Shown here in pieces: positions 8,775 through 18,188 of a stretch of 64,000 nt of DNA. The notes under the pieces were generated by a model. That model had not been told where the DNA came from. It saw only the letters and a list, made by a program, of their open reading frames with translations, and made no database searches. This DNA comes from Myxococcota bacterium (GTDB taxonomy: Bacteria; Myxococcota_A; UBA9042; PHBI01; JAWLBL01), in NCBI GenBank assembly GCA_041687695.1, contig JAWLBL010000004.1, forward strand, positions 96,001-160,000, written 5' to 3'. Every line of letters begins with the position of its first letter. Position 1 is the first letter of the stretch. A program made the position numbers and the translations under genes.

Positions 8775-11700
8775 CTACTCCAGGTAGCCCTGCATGAAGG
8801 TGTGACCGCCCTGGCGGGTGAGCGCCTCGACGATCGGGACGATGACGGTGCCCTCGGCGAACATCGGGCTCATCGAGTGCATGTCCAGCTCGGGGACCAC
8901 GATGTTGCCCAGGGGCTTGCCCAGCATGTCGGCCAGCACGCCGTCGATGAGCTGGGCCTCGAGCAGCTCCTCGAGCGCCTCCTCGGCGCCCTCGAAGGCC
9001 TCGGGCACGTACGCCCAGTGGTACTCGAGCGTGTCGAGCCCCAGCGGCACGATGGCGATGGCGTCGCCCTCGTCGGTGGGGATCATGACCAGCTCGGCCG
9101 ACAGCTCGGCCGCGATGTACACGCCCATCTTGCCCGGCTGGTCGCCGAAGATGAACGACTCCAGCTCGACGTCGACGAACAGATCGCCGATCTGCAGCTT
9201 GACGATGCCGCTCGGGTCGCAGCCGTTCAGGATGGGCGGCAGCAGGAAGTCGGTCGTGATGGTGATGCTGTCGATGGGCAGGCCGCCCAGATCGAGCCCC
9301 TCGTCACCCAGCGAGCTCTCGTCCAGCGTCAGGTTGGTCACCCCGCTGTACCAGAGCGCCGTCAGCGCCAGGTTCAGGAAGTCGTCGAACAGGCCCACCT
9401 CGAACTCGCTCGCGCCCGGCAGGCTCCAGCTGATGGGGTAGCCCTTGACGCAGGTGCCGCGGCCGATGGAGCCCAGGATGGTGTGCGGCACCTGCTGCGA
9501 GGCGAGGAAGCGGGCGCCCAGGCCCAGGCGTCCGCCGTCGGGCGTGAAGGCCAGCGAGTGGATGCGCGAGTCGAGGGTCAGCGACAGCGGCGGCATCCCC
9601 GGCATGAGCGGCTCCATCTCGAAGGTCTCGCTCAAGGCCAGCGACTCGAGCAGGCCGCCCAGGGTGTCCTCGAGCTGGCCGGCCAGCTGGTCCTCGAAGG
9701 CGTCCTCGATGGTGCCCGTGAAGATGTTGACGACGAAGTCGATGAGCCAGTCGAAGAGCCAGCCCAGGATGCCGTCGATGTTCACGTCGATGTACTCGAG
9801 CTCGACCTTGGGGTTGGCCAGGCTCACGTTCAGGACGGCGTTGGCGGCCGAGGCCAGCAGATCGGCCCACAGCTTGAGCTTGTCGATGGAGATCGAGCCC
9901 GACAGATCCGGGCACAGGTCGACGCCGAGGACCTTGCACTCGCCCTCGAGCTTGAGCTTCATCGACGCGTTCTTCGCCTCGAAGTACACGCCGAGGCCCC
10001 CGTACTTGGGGGTGAGCGACAGCTTGGGCGGGTTCATCTTGAAGTTCGACATCTTCAGGTCGTAGTCGCCCGAGACCTCGATCTTGGGCGGCAGGGCCGA
10101 GTTGATGTCGAAGCTGGCGACGACGCCCTCGAGGATGGTGGCGAGATCGTCGGGGTGCGTCGGGTTGTGTACGCCGTCGTCGATGAAGTCCTTGGCCAGC
10201 CAGACCTTCAGCGCGTCCGGGATGAAGGGCAGCTCGGGCTTGAGCGGGTACCAGAGCTCGGCGAAGTAGAAGGACTGCGTGATGGTCGTGACGGAGCCGG
10301 AGTCGTCCTCGGCCTCGACCTTCAGGACGTTCAGCCCCCACTGCGGGATGATGATGCGCGTGAAGGAGCCGTCCTCGTTGAGCTTGGCCGGCTGGCCGTT
10401 GACCCGCACGGCGGCGATGCCGGCGATGGTGTCGTTGGCGATGCCCTCGACCGTCAGGCTGGGCTTGGAGTTCTGGATGGTCGCGCCGCGCAGCGGGTGC
10501 AGCACGGTGACGGCCGGGGGCGAGCCCTCGATGGCGAGCTCGAGCGTGGCCACGACCGACGGGTCGTTCTCGAGGCGGCCGGTGATGAGGTAGTAGCCCT
10601 CGACGTAGAACAGGAAGCTGGTCGCGGACTGCTTCTTGTGGTCCTGGTCGGGGCTGACCTCGAGCGGCAGGACCGGCGCGTCGGGGACCAGGTTGCCGTA
10701 CTGGTCGTGGGCGATGACCTGGATCTGGACCAGCTCGTAGACCGGGAAGAACGGCTTGGGCGGCTGCGCCTGCAAGGCGAGCGTCACCGGCGCGTCGGGC
10801 AGCACCTCGAGCAGCGCCCCGTCGATGACGAAGGCGCCCCAGTCGAGGCCCACCGGCACGCAGCGCACGTTGAACTTGCCGGCGGTCGTGCCGGTGACCT
10901 TCAGGCCCAGCAGCCCCAGCGACGACGGCAGGTCGATGGCCATCGGCAGGTCGGGCACCACGTTGCCGTGCTTGTCCTCGGCGTGGCAGGCGACCGAGGT
11001 GTCGTGGCCCGCGACGATGGACGGCGACCCAAGGGTGGTCACCAGACGATAGGGCAGGCCGTGCTCGACCGTGACCAGCACCGGCGCGTCGTCGGTGGCG
11101 CCGCCCTTTTGGGCGCAGACCACGATGTAGGTGCCGACGCTCAGCGCCTTGATCGCGAAGTTCGCCTCGACCAGGCCGCCGTCCGGCCCCGGCGCGGCCC
11201 CGCCCGACGCGATGAGCACCAGCCAGCCGTCCTCGATGTCGTTGCCGTAGGCGTCCACGCCGTGGCAGGTCGCGGTCGCCGTCTGGCCGGCCTTGAGCAC
11301 GCTGGGCGACACGGCGGTCGTGATCTCGACCGCCACCCCCGGGTGCACCAGCACCTTGGACGGCGTCGGGTCCGTCCAGCCGGTCGCCTCGATCTGGCAG
11401 CGCACCCGGTACTCGCCCGCCGTCTCGAACACGACGTGCTCGCCCTGCAGCTTGGGCGGCGAGGCGCCTTCGGGCGCCTGGAAGATCTCCCAGCGGGTCG
11501 CCGGGGCCTCCTGCCCCTCGGCCAGCCCCTGCACCGTGCAGAAGACCTGCACCTGCTCGCCGGCCGCCGGGCCGTCCTTGCTGACGCCCGTCTCGACGCT
11601 CAGCTGCTCGAGCGGCGTCTCCTTGGGCGGCAGCTCCTGCTCGACGTCGTTCGCCCCGACGTCGGCCTGGTGTTGGCCCTCCGTCGCGTCCGAGCACGCG

Positions 11701-11783
11701 GAGGCGCCCCACACGAGGGCACAGGACAGCAGGGTGAGCAGCGTGGAAGGCCACGACGCACGAAGGCGCGAGGTCTCGGGCAT
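8775..11783 (-). CDS. Large lipoprotein: Ig-like repeats plus putative BPI/LBP-like C-terminal region
   Basis: Lipobox ASAC-S, several Ig-like beta segments (DAYGN, DKHGN, DQYGN turns; GLNVLKVEAED), C-terminal half resembling BPI superfamily. Confidence 0.65.
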   Translation of the reverse strand: MPETSRLRASWPSTLLTLLSCALVWGASACSDATEGQHQADVGANDVEQELPPKETPLEQLSVETGVSKDGPAAGEQVQVFCTVQGLAEGQEAPATRWEIFQAPEGASPPKLQGEHVVFETAGEYRVRCQIEATGWTDPTPSKVLVHPGVAVEITTAVSPSVLKAGQTATATCHGVDAYGNDIEDGWLVLIASGGAAPGPDGGLVEANFAIKALSVGTYIVVCAQKGGATDDAPVLVTVEHGLPYRLVTTLGSPSIVAGHDTSVACHAEDKHGNVVPDLPMAIDLPSSLGLLGLKVTGTTAGKFNVRCVPVGLDWGAFVIDGALLEVLPDAPVTLALQAQPPKPFFPVYELVQIQVIAHDQYGNLVPDAPVLPLEVSPDQDHKKQSATSFLFYVEGYYLITGRLENDPSVVATLELAIEGSPPAVTVLHPLRGATIQNSKPSLTVEGIANDTIAGIAAVRVNGQPAKLNEDGSFTRIIIPQWGLNVLKVEAEDDSGSVTTITQSFYFAELWYPLKPELPFIPDALKVWLAKDFIDDGVHNPTHPDDLATILEGVVASFDINSALPPKIEVSGDYDLKMSNFKMNPPKLSLTPKYGGLGVYFEAKNASMKLKLEGECKVLGVDLCPDLSGSISIDKLKLWADLLASAANAVLNVSLANPKVELEYIDVNIDGILGWLFDWLIDFVVNIFTGTIEDAFEDQLAGQLEDTLGGLLESLALSETFEMEPLMPGMPPLSLTLDSRIHSLAFTPDGGRLGLGARFLASQQVPHTILGSIGRGTCVKGYPISWSLPGASEFEVGLFDDFLNLALTALWYSGVTNLTLDESSLGDEGLDLGGLPIDSITITTDFLLPPILNGCDPSGIVKLQIGDLFVDVELESFIFGDQPGKMGVYIAAELSAELVMIPTDEGDAIAIVPLGLDTLEYHWAYVPEAFEGAEEALEELLEAQLIDGVLADMLGKPLGNIVVPELDMHSMSPMFAEGTVIVPIVEALTRQGGHTFMQGYLE

Positions 11784-11957
11784 GGGGACGCTCCGGAGCG
11801 ATGGCCGCGGTGGCCGAGCCGCGATACTATACGGGTCCCGGCCCGTGACTTACAACGCGCGCGGGATTTCGGGCGCTGGATTCCGGGGCCGGGGATGGCT
11901 AGCCTGAGGCGCATGGAGCGCGGCATGACGGGTCGAAGGGGGGCGAGCGTGGGTCGA

Positions 11958-13028
11958 ATGGGCCGGATGCATCGGGTGATCGTCGCGCTGGGCGCGGGCC
12001 TCCTCGTCGCCGCCTGCGCGGGTGACGGCGGCGTGACCGGCGGGGACGACGGGGACGGCAAGGGGCCGGACATCCAGATCGGGCAGCCCGATCAGGGCGG
12101 CTCGGACGGCGAGCAGGTCGACCAGACCGGGACGCCGGACGTGACCCCCGATCCCGGCGAGCCCGAGGTCGCCGAGCCGGACGTGTTGCCGGACACGGGC
12201 CCCGACGTGACGGCCGACGTCAAGCCGCCCGAGGACGTCGCGCCGCCCAAGGACCAGGCCGTCTGCGAGCCGAACTGCGAGGGCAAGGTCTGCGGCTCCG
12301 ACGGCTGCGGCGGGATCTGCGGGTACTGCACCTATCCGAACGTCTGCGACAAGGAGGGCCAGTGCGTCGAGGTCTGCCCGCCCCAGTGCGAGGGCAAGTT
12401 CTGCGGCCCCGACGGCTGCGGCGGCACCTGCGGCGAGTGCGAGGGCGACCTCGCGTGCGGCGACGACGGCCTGTGTTACGAAGAGGACTGCGTCCCGGAC
12501 TGCTCGGGCAAGAAGTGTGGCTCCGACGGCTGCGGCGGCGACTGCGGCGTGTGCCCCGAGCTGCAGATCTGCATGGGCGACGGCGCCTATTGCGACCTCG
12601 GCCCGTGCGGGACGGTCAAGTCCACCGGCGAGTGCCAGGGCCAGACGGCCGTGTGGTGCGAGAACAAGATCGATCTGAAGGAGCAGGACTGCTCGCAGCT
12701 GGTCAACCACCACTGCGCCTACGACGGCTGGGACAACCGCTGGAAGTGCATGGAGATCCCCGAGTGCGTCCCCAACTGCGCCGGCAAGGTCTGCGGCGGC
12801 GACGGCTGCGGCGGCTCCTGCGGCGCCTGCACCGACGGCTGGTCCTGCGAGGTCGGCCAGTGCAAGCCGGTGAAGGGAGCCAAGTGCGGCTCGGTCACGC
12901 ACCTCGGCCTGTGCGACGGGACCTACCTGTGGTGGTGCTCGAGCAACGTCTTGAACGGTATGGACTGCGCCGTCCAACCAGGCTCCAGCAAGTGCGGCTG
13001 GGTGGATGGGGCTTACGACTGCAAGTAG
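11958..13028 (+). CDS. Cys-rich repeat lipoprotein (CxPxCxGKxCGxDGCGGxCG repeats)
   Basis: Signal/lipobox LVAAC-AG, Pro/Asp linker, four CxPxCxGKxCGxDGCGGxCGxC repeats. Start uncertain (11958 or 11967). Confidence 0.8.
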   Translation: MGRMHRVIVALGAGLLVAACAGDGGVTGGDDGDGKGPDIQIGQPDQGGSDGEQVDQTGTPDVTPDPGEPEVAEPDVLPDTGPDVTADVKPPEDVAPPKDQAVCEPNCEGKVCGSDGCGGICGYCTYPNVCDKEGQCVEVCPPQCEGKFCGPDGCGGTCGECEGDLACGDDGLCYEEDCVPDCSGKKCGSDGCGGDCGVCPELQICMGDGAYCDLGPCGTVKSTGECQGQTAVWCENKIDLKEQDCSQLVNHHCAYDGWDNRWKCMEIPECVPNCAGKVCGGDGCGGSCGACTDGWSCEVGQCKPVKGAKCGSVTHLGLCDGTYLWWCSSNVLNGMDCAVQPGSSKCGWVDGAYDCK

Positions 13029-13218
13029 TCGTCTGACCTGGCGCACCCGTTCGGGCGACCGCAGGCCAGGTAGCTTCATCGGCTGCTTGGCCGCGGTCTA
13101 GAGAGTTCAGCCCCGGCCTTGACCGCCATCATCGAACAGCGGAACCGCGAATGCTCGTTCAGGAGGCCGCAGCCACACTTCGTACGTGCACTCCTGCCGC
13201 GTGGGCATGGCGTGCGCG

Positions 13219-14904
13219 CTAGCGGCAGCAGCGGATGCCGGCGCTCACGCAGAACTCCTCGCATGTGTGGGTCCGAGATGACGCCCTCAGGCCCGCCGAG
13301 CCATGACCATACGTCCCCCCCTTCATGACCCTTTCGGTCATGTTATCGAGTTGAACACAGGACGTGACCCAGGCCGAGCCGTCGATTGGGGCGCCCTCAT
13401 GGCTCTCATGCCAACAGTCGGCGACCCACTCGTGCACGTTGCCAGCGAGATCGAGGATGTTGTAGGGGCTCTTCCCTTGAACGATGGAGCCCACGGGCCA
13501 TGGCCCTGACTCGGTGCCGCAGCTGGAGCCAGTACCGTCGTTCATGACGGCGTACTCACAGGTGGCCGGGCTGTTCCCCCACGGGAACAGAGCCCCGTTC
13601 GGGCCGCGCGCCGCCTTCTCCCACTCAGCCTCTGAACAGAGCCGTGCTCCAATCCAGGCGCAGTAGGCGTCGGCCTCGATCCATAGTGTCTTGAATATGG
13701 GATGGTGCTGCTTGCTGGGATCCGCGAGGTCATCAGATACCTTCACCGGATCAGTACAACCACCCGCCGCGACGCAGGCCCTGTACTGCTGGTTCGTGAC
13801 CTCAGTGACCCCGATCGAGAACTCGGGCACGGTCACCGAGCGGTACGGGTGCTCGCTCGGCTCGCAGTCGGCGTCGACGGTGGCGTTGCAGCCCATCATG
13901 AAGGCGCCGGCCGGAACGCTCAGCATCGGCGTAGGCTCGATACACGCGCCGGCAAGACAGGCGCCGGGCGCGTCGCTGCACGAGTACCCGTCCGGGGCTG
14001 TCGACCAGATGGATGGTGACGCTGGATCACACACGGAGCAGCCGTGACCTGGCTTGGGATCACCGGAGCTCCAGCACGCACCATCAATCAGGCAACCGCC
14101 GTCGGCCAACTGGAACGTGCACTTGTAGTTGTCGGATCCCAGGGACTCGCACAGCCCGGTCGTGCACGTGAGCCCGTCGTCACAGGCCGCAGCAACGCCG
14201 GGGGTGCACACTCCGTCTTGGCATGCATCGCCGATCGTGCATCCGTCGTCGTCGGCATTGCAGCTCGTCCCGTCCGGCTTCGAAGGATACGAGCACGTCC
14301 CGGTGGCCGGGTCGCAGGTGGCTTCGAGTCGACACACGTCGGCGGGCTCACAGAGGACGGGATCGCGCCCCACGCACTCACCGCTTTCGCACTGGTCGGT
14401 CAGCGTGCAGGCGTCGCCGTCGTCGCACGGTACGTCGTCCAAGGGCACCACGACGCACTTGCCGTCCGCGCAAACACCTGCCGTACACGCGGTCTTGAGG
14501 GACTTACAGTCGTCTTGCGTGGAGCATTCGTCCGTCACGGTGTCCGGAGCCGTCGACACGTCCTCGTCAGCGGCATCCAGACTTCCTTTGGTTTCGGAGT
14601 CCACCTCGGCGGCGTCCGCGACGTCCGAGGAGGTCGCGTCATCGAGCGAGCCGTCGGGACCCAAATCGTCAGCCTTGCCATCCGAGGCTTGGCATCCGGG
14701 TTCCCACGGAGCCTCTTCACACGAGTTCACTTGCGTGAAGCAGGCGTTGAGTGCGAGCACGTTCAGCGCGAGCGCAGAGACCGCAGTGACAGGTCCTCGA
14801 AGCTTCGTCACCCAGCTCCCGCGACTGGTTTGCGTCAACCCCGACCGTGGCACGACGCGACCCAACAGGCAAGCGTACCCGATCGGCCTGCGAAGGCTCG
14901 GCAT
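13219..14904 (-). CDS. FGE-sulfatase/SUMF1 (C-type lectin fold) domain protein with Cys-rich CTDC-like repeats
   Basis: VPAGAFMMG, TEVTNQQY, RLCSEAEWEKAARG, FPWG, DLAGNVHEWV, RVMKGG...GIRCCR. Lipobox-like LNAC. Start uncertain. Confidence 0.85.
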   Translation of the reverse strand: MPSLRRPIGYACLLGRVVPRSGLTQTSRGSWVTKLRGPVTAVSALALNVLALNACFTQVNSCEEAPWEPGCQASDGKADDLGPDGSLDDATSSDVADAAEVDSETKGSLDAADEDVSTAPDTVTDECSTQDDCKSLKTACTAGVCADGKCVVVPLDDVPCDDGDACTLTDQCESGECVGRDPVLCEPADVCRLEATCDPATGTCSYPSKPDGTSCNADDDGCTIGDACQDGVCTPGVAAACDDGLTCTTGLCESLGSDNYKCTFQLADGGCLIDGACWSSGDPKPGHGCSVCDPASPSIWSTAPDGYSCSDAPGACLAGACIEPTPMLSVPAGAFMMGCNATVDADCEPSEHPYRSVTVPEFSIGVTEVTNQQYRACVAAGGCTDPVKVSDDLADPSKQHHPIFKTLWIEADAYCAWIGARLCSEAEWEKAARGPNGALFPWGNSPATCEYAVMNDGTGSSCGTESGPWPVGSIVQGKSPYNILDLAGNVHEWVADCWHESHEGAPIDGSAWVTSCVQLDNMTERVMKGGTYGHGSAGLRASSRTHTCEEFCVSAGIRCCR

Positions 14905-15056
14905 TCGGTCTTACCGACCGCCTGGCAGCAGGGAAGCCACGGCGCTATGCTCGGGATGGATCGTTTCCCCATGAACTCGTGGAGTTCCATCTTGAGGGCT
15001 TCCATGCAGCCACGACCGTTCGTTTTGACGTTCGACGCTTCCCGGAAAGCTGCGCG

Positions 15057-17084
15057 ATGAACCTGGGCGCGGCGGTCGCGGACATGGTCCGGGGCCTGAA
15101 CCCGCAGCAGCGGGCGGCGGTGGTCCACCGGGGCGGGCCGCTGCTGGTGCTGGCGGGGGCGGGCAGCGGCAAGACGCGGGTCATCACCGTGCGCATGGCG
15201 CACCTGGTGGCCGAGGGGCTGGCGCCCGAGAACATCCTGGCGCTGACCTTCACCAACAAGGCCGCCGGCGAGATGGCCGAGCGCGTCGCCGGGCTGGTCG
15301 GCCACGAGGCCGCGCGGGCGATGACGGTCGGGACCTTCCACTCGCTGGGCCTGCGCATGGTCGAGGAGGACGCCCGCCGCCTGGGCTTCAGCCGCCAGTT
15401 CACGCTGCTCGACGCCGCCGACCAGGCCAGCGCCGTCCGCCACTGCCTGCGCTCGCTGCGCATCGACCCCAAGCGCCACGACCCCGCGGTCTTCCTCACC
15501 GCCATCTCGAACGCCCGCAACGCCGGCCAGACCCCCGACGACGTCGCCGCCCAGCCCGGCCGCCGCATCACCGCCCAGGTCTACGCCGCCTACCTCGCCT
15601 GGCTCGAGGCCTACCAGGCCATCGACTTCGACGACCTCATCCTGCGCCCCGTGCAGCTGCTGCGCGAGCACGCCGATCTCCGCGCCAAGTGGCGCGCCCG
15701 CTTCCGCACGGTGCTCGTCGACGAGTACCAGGACACCAACGGCATGCAGTTCGAGCTGATGCGCCTGCTCGTCGAGGAGCACCGCAGCCTGTGCGTCGTC
15801 GGCGACGACGACCAGGCCATCTACGGCTGGCGCGGCGCCCAGGTCTCCAACATCCTCGACTTCGACCAGCACTTCCCCGACGCGACCATGGTCGCGCTCA
15901 CCCAGAACTACCGCTCCAGCGGGCACATCCTCGAGGCCGCCAACGCCGTCATCCGCCGCAACGACGCCCGAAAGGTCAAGAGCCTTTGGACCGACGTGGG
16001 CCTCGGCGAGCGCGTCCAGGTGGTCGCCTGCAAGGACGCCCAGGCCGAGGCCGCCTGGGTCGCCGGCGAGATCTCGCGCCGCGCCAGCGTCGAGGGCCGC
16101 CCCTTCCGCGACTTCGGCGTCCTGTTCCGCACCGGCAAGCAGTCCGATCTGGTCCAGGACGCCCTGCGCATGGCCGGCGTCCCCTTCGCCGTCGTCGGCG
16201 CCTTCGACTTCTACGAGCGCAAGGAGGTCAAGGACATGCTGTCCTACCTCAAGCTCGTCACCAACCCGCGCGACCAGAGCGCGCTCATGCGCGTCATCAA
16301 CTTCCCGCAGCGCGGCATCGGCCCCAAGACCCTCGAGACCCTCCACGCCTTCGCCAAGGCCAACAACGTCTCGCCGCTGGCCGCCATGCAGCTCGCCGAC
16401 GAGATGGAGGGCCTGACCCAGCGCCAGGTCGAGGCGATGCTCGACTTCCACGACGTCATCACCGAGGCCGGCCGCCGCTACGCCGAGGCGCCCGATCTCG
16501 CCGGCCTCGTCGCCTGGATCTGCGAGCGCACCGGCGCCCGCGAGGCCTGGATCCGCGACCCGACCGAGGGCCCCGGCGGCCACGCGCGCTGGCGCAACAT
16601 CGAGGCGCTGATGCGCTCGATGCGCTCGTTCCAGCAGCGGCGCCCCAAGACCGAGCTGCGCGACTACCTGCGCCTCATCGCGCTCGACAAGCACCAGGAT
16701 CAAGAGGAAGGCGCCGCCGACGCCGTGACCCTGATGACCCTGCACGCCTCCAAGGGCCTCGAGTGGCCGGTCTGCTTCGTCATCGGCTGCCAGGACGGCG
16801 TCGTCCCGCACCAGCGGGTGCTCGAGGAGTCCGGCGGCGACGTATCGGAAGAGCGGCGCCTGTTCTACGTCGGCATCACCCGCGCCCGCCGCCACTGCTA
16901 CCTGTCGTACGGCAAGACCCGCCGCAAGTTCCAGGGGTCCGAGCCCGCCCGCCCGTCGCGCTTTCTGGCGGACATCCCGGCCACCCACCGCGAGGACAAG
17001 GACCTGTCGCGCGGCCAGGGCGAGGTCGAGCGCGAGGAGGCCCGCCGCCGCTTCGCCGAGCTGAAGGCCCGCCTCGGCGGCTGA
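15057..17084 (+). CDS. ATP-dependent DNA helicase, UvrD/Rep/PcrA family
   Basis: LAGAGSGKT, TFTNKAA, TFHS, VDEYQDTN, VGDDDQAIYGWRGA, QNYRS, TLHASKGLE, EERRLFYVGITRA. Confidence 0.95.
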   Translation: MNLGAAVADMVRGLNPQQRAAVVHRGGPLLVLAGAGSGKTRVITVRMAHLVAEGLAPENILALTFTNKAAGEMAERVAGLVGHEAARAMTVGTFHSLGLRMVEEDARRLGFSRQFTLLDAADQASAVRHCLRSLRIDPKRHDPAVFLTAISNARNAGQTPDDVAAQPGRRITAQVYAAYLAWLEAYQAIDFDDLILRPVQLLREHADLRAKWRARFRTVLVDEYQDTNGMQFELMRLLVEEHRSLCVVGDDDQAIYGWRGAQVSNILDFDQHFPDATMVALTQNYRSSGHILEAANAVIRRNDARKVKSLWTDVGLGERVQVVACKDAQAEAAWVAGEISRRASVEGRPFRDFGVLFRTGKQSDLVQDALRMAGVPFAVVGAFDFYERKEVKDMLSYLKLVTNPRDQSALMRVINFPQRGIGPKTLETLHAFAKANNVSPLAAMQLADEMEGLTQRQVEAMLDFHDVITEAGRRYAEAPDLAGLVAWICERTGAREAWIRDPTEGPGGHARWRNIEALMRSMRSFQQRRPKTELRDYLRLIALDKHQDQEEGAADAVTLMTLHASKGLEWPVCFVIGCQDGVVPHQRVLEESGGDVSEERRLFYVGITRARRHCYLSYGKTRRKFQGSEPARPSRFLADIPATHREDKDLSRGQGEVEREEARRRFAELKARLGG

Positions 17085-17116
17085 CCGGGCCCGCCGCGGC
17101 GAGGCCCGGTCGTTTT
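17083..17116 (+). terminator. Intrinsic terminator after helicase gene
   Basis: GACCGGGCC...GGCCCGGTC stem followed by GTTTT. Confidence 0.6.
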
Positions 17117-17288
17117 CGCGGATGAACATCGCCGGGCCGTTGGTTGGATGCCAGCCGGCCCTCCCTTATGATGCCGCGCGTCTACCGGCCCGGCGTTGTC
17201 AAGCGCGTCGCGAGCCGGCAGTCTGACCGACTCCGTCACCCAGCACGCCACCCCTGGCGGCCGCCCCCCAGCAAAGGAACCCCAGCCC

Positions 17289-18062
17289 ATGCGCACTCCC
17301 GTCGCCCTGCTCGGTGCCCTCGCGCTCGGCCTCGTCACCCTCGGCCCCCTCCCGGCGGCCGCCCAGGCCCCGGCGCAGATCCTCAACCTCACCGATCGCC
17401 AGGTCGAGGCGAACGGGACCCTCAACGTCTCCGCCGCCCAGAAGCTCGTCGCCAAGCTCATCCAGCTCGACGCCCAGGCCGAGGCGCCGATCTTCCTCAC
17501 CATCTCGTCCACCGACGGCACCGCCCAGGGCGTGCTGCTCGTCGCCGACACCATCCGCTCGCTGCGCAGCCCGGTCGTCGGCGTCGTCGTCACCCAGGTC
17601 CACGGGCCCGGCGCCGCGCTCGCCGCCTTCACCGACCGGATCATGATGTTCCCCTCGTCGGGCCTGGTCTTCACCGAGCTCGAGTACGAGGGCGTCAAGA
17701 AGCCCAAGGCCGCCAAGGCCGGCGCCAACGGCGCGGCCGCCGAGTCCGACGTGGCCGCCGAGACCAACGGCGAGGACGTCCTGCTCCAAAAGGCCCGCCA
17801 GCAGTACCTCGACCGCTTCAACGCCCAGCTGGCGTCGCGGCTGAACCTCAAGTCGGCCGCCGACCTCGTGCGCCGCATGGAGGCCGGCTACTTCGTCACG
17901 CCCGACGAGGCCGTCCGCCAGAAGGTCGCCCACGCCGTCGTCGACCGCATCACCTACGCGACGCTCCCCGAGGAGAAGCGCGAGGTGAAGATCACGACCA
18001 CCGACAAGCGCACCCGCACGGTCGACCCCTCACCGCTGCTCCAGGGCCGCCGCCCGAACTGA
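17289..18062 (+). CDS. Exported ClpP-like protein lacking the catalytic triad
   Basis: Sec signal ending AAA-QA. Aligns by eye with ClpP along its length (IFLTISSTDG, ADTIRSLRSPV, YFVTPDEAV). Confidence 0.75.
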   Translation: MRTPVALLGALALGLVTLGPLPAAAQAPAQILNLTDRQVEANGTLNVSAAQKLVAKLIQLDAQAEAPIFLTISSTDGTAQGVLLVADTIRSLRSPVVGVVVTQVHGPGAALAAFTDRIMMFPSSGLVFTELEYEGVKKPKAAKAGANGAAAESDVAAETNGEDVLLQKARQQYLDRFNAQLASRLNLKSAADLVRRMEAGYFVTPDEAVRQKVAHAVVDRITYATLPEEKREVKITTTDKRTRTVDPSPLLQGRRPN

Positions 18063-18188
18063 CGCGCCGGGCCCCTCCGATCGGCCGGCGACCACCCCCG
18101 GCCGGGCCCGACCCGCGCCCCCGCGCCAGGGTCGGCCGGCTGCGGGGGCCACCTTGACTTTCCCCGGGCCGCGGCCCAGAACGTCACC

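Noticed and set aside
13219..14904. True formylglycine-generating enzyme or a complete DGR
   Set aside because: The catalytic Cys motif is absent, there is no sulfatase nearby, and no RT or template repeat is in the window.
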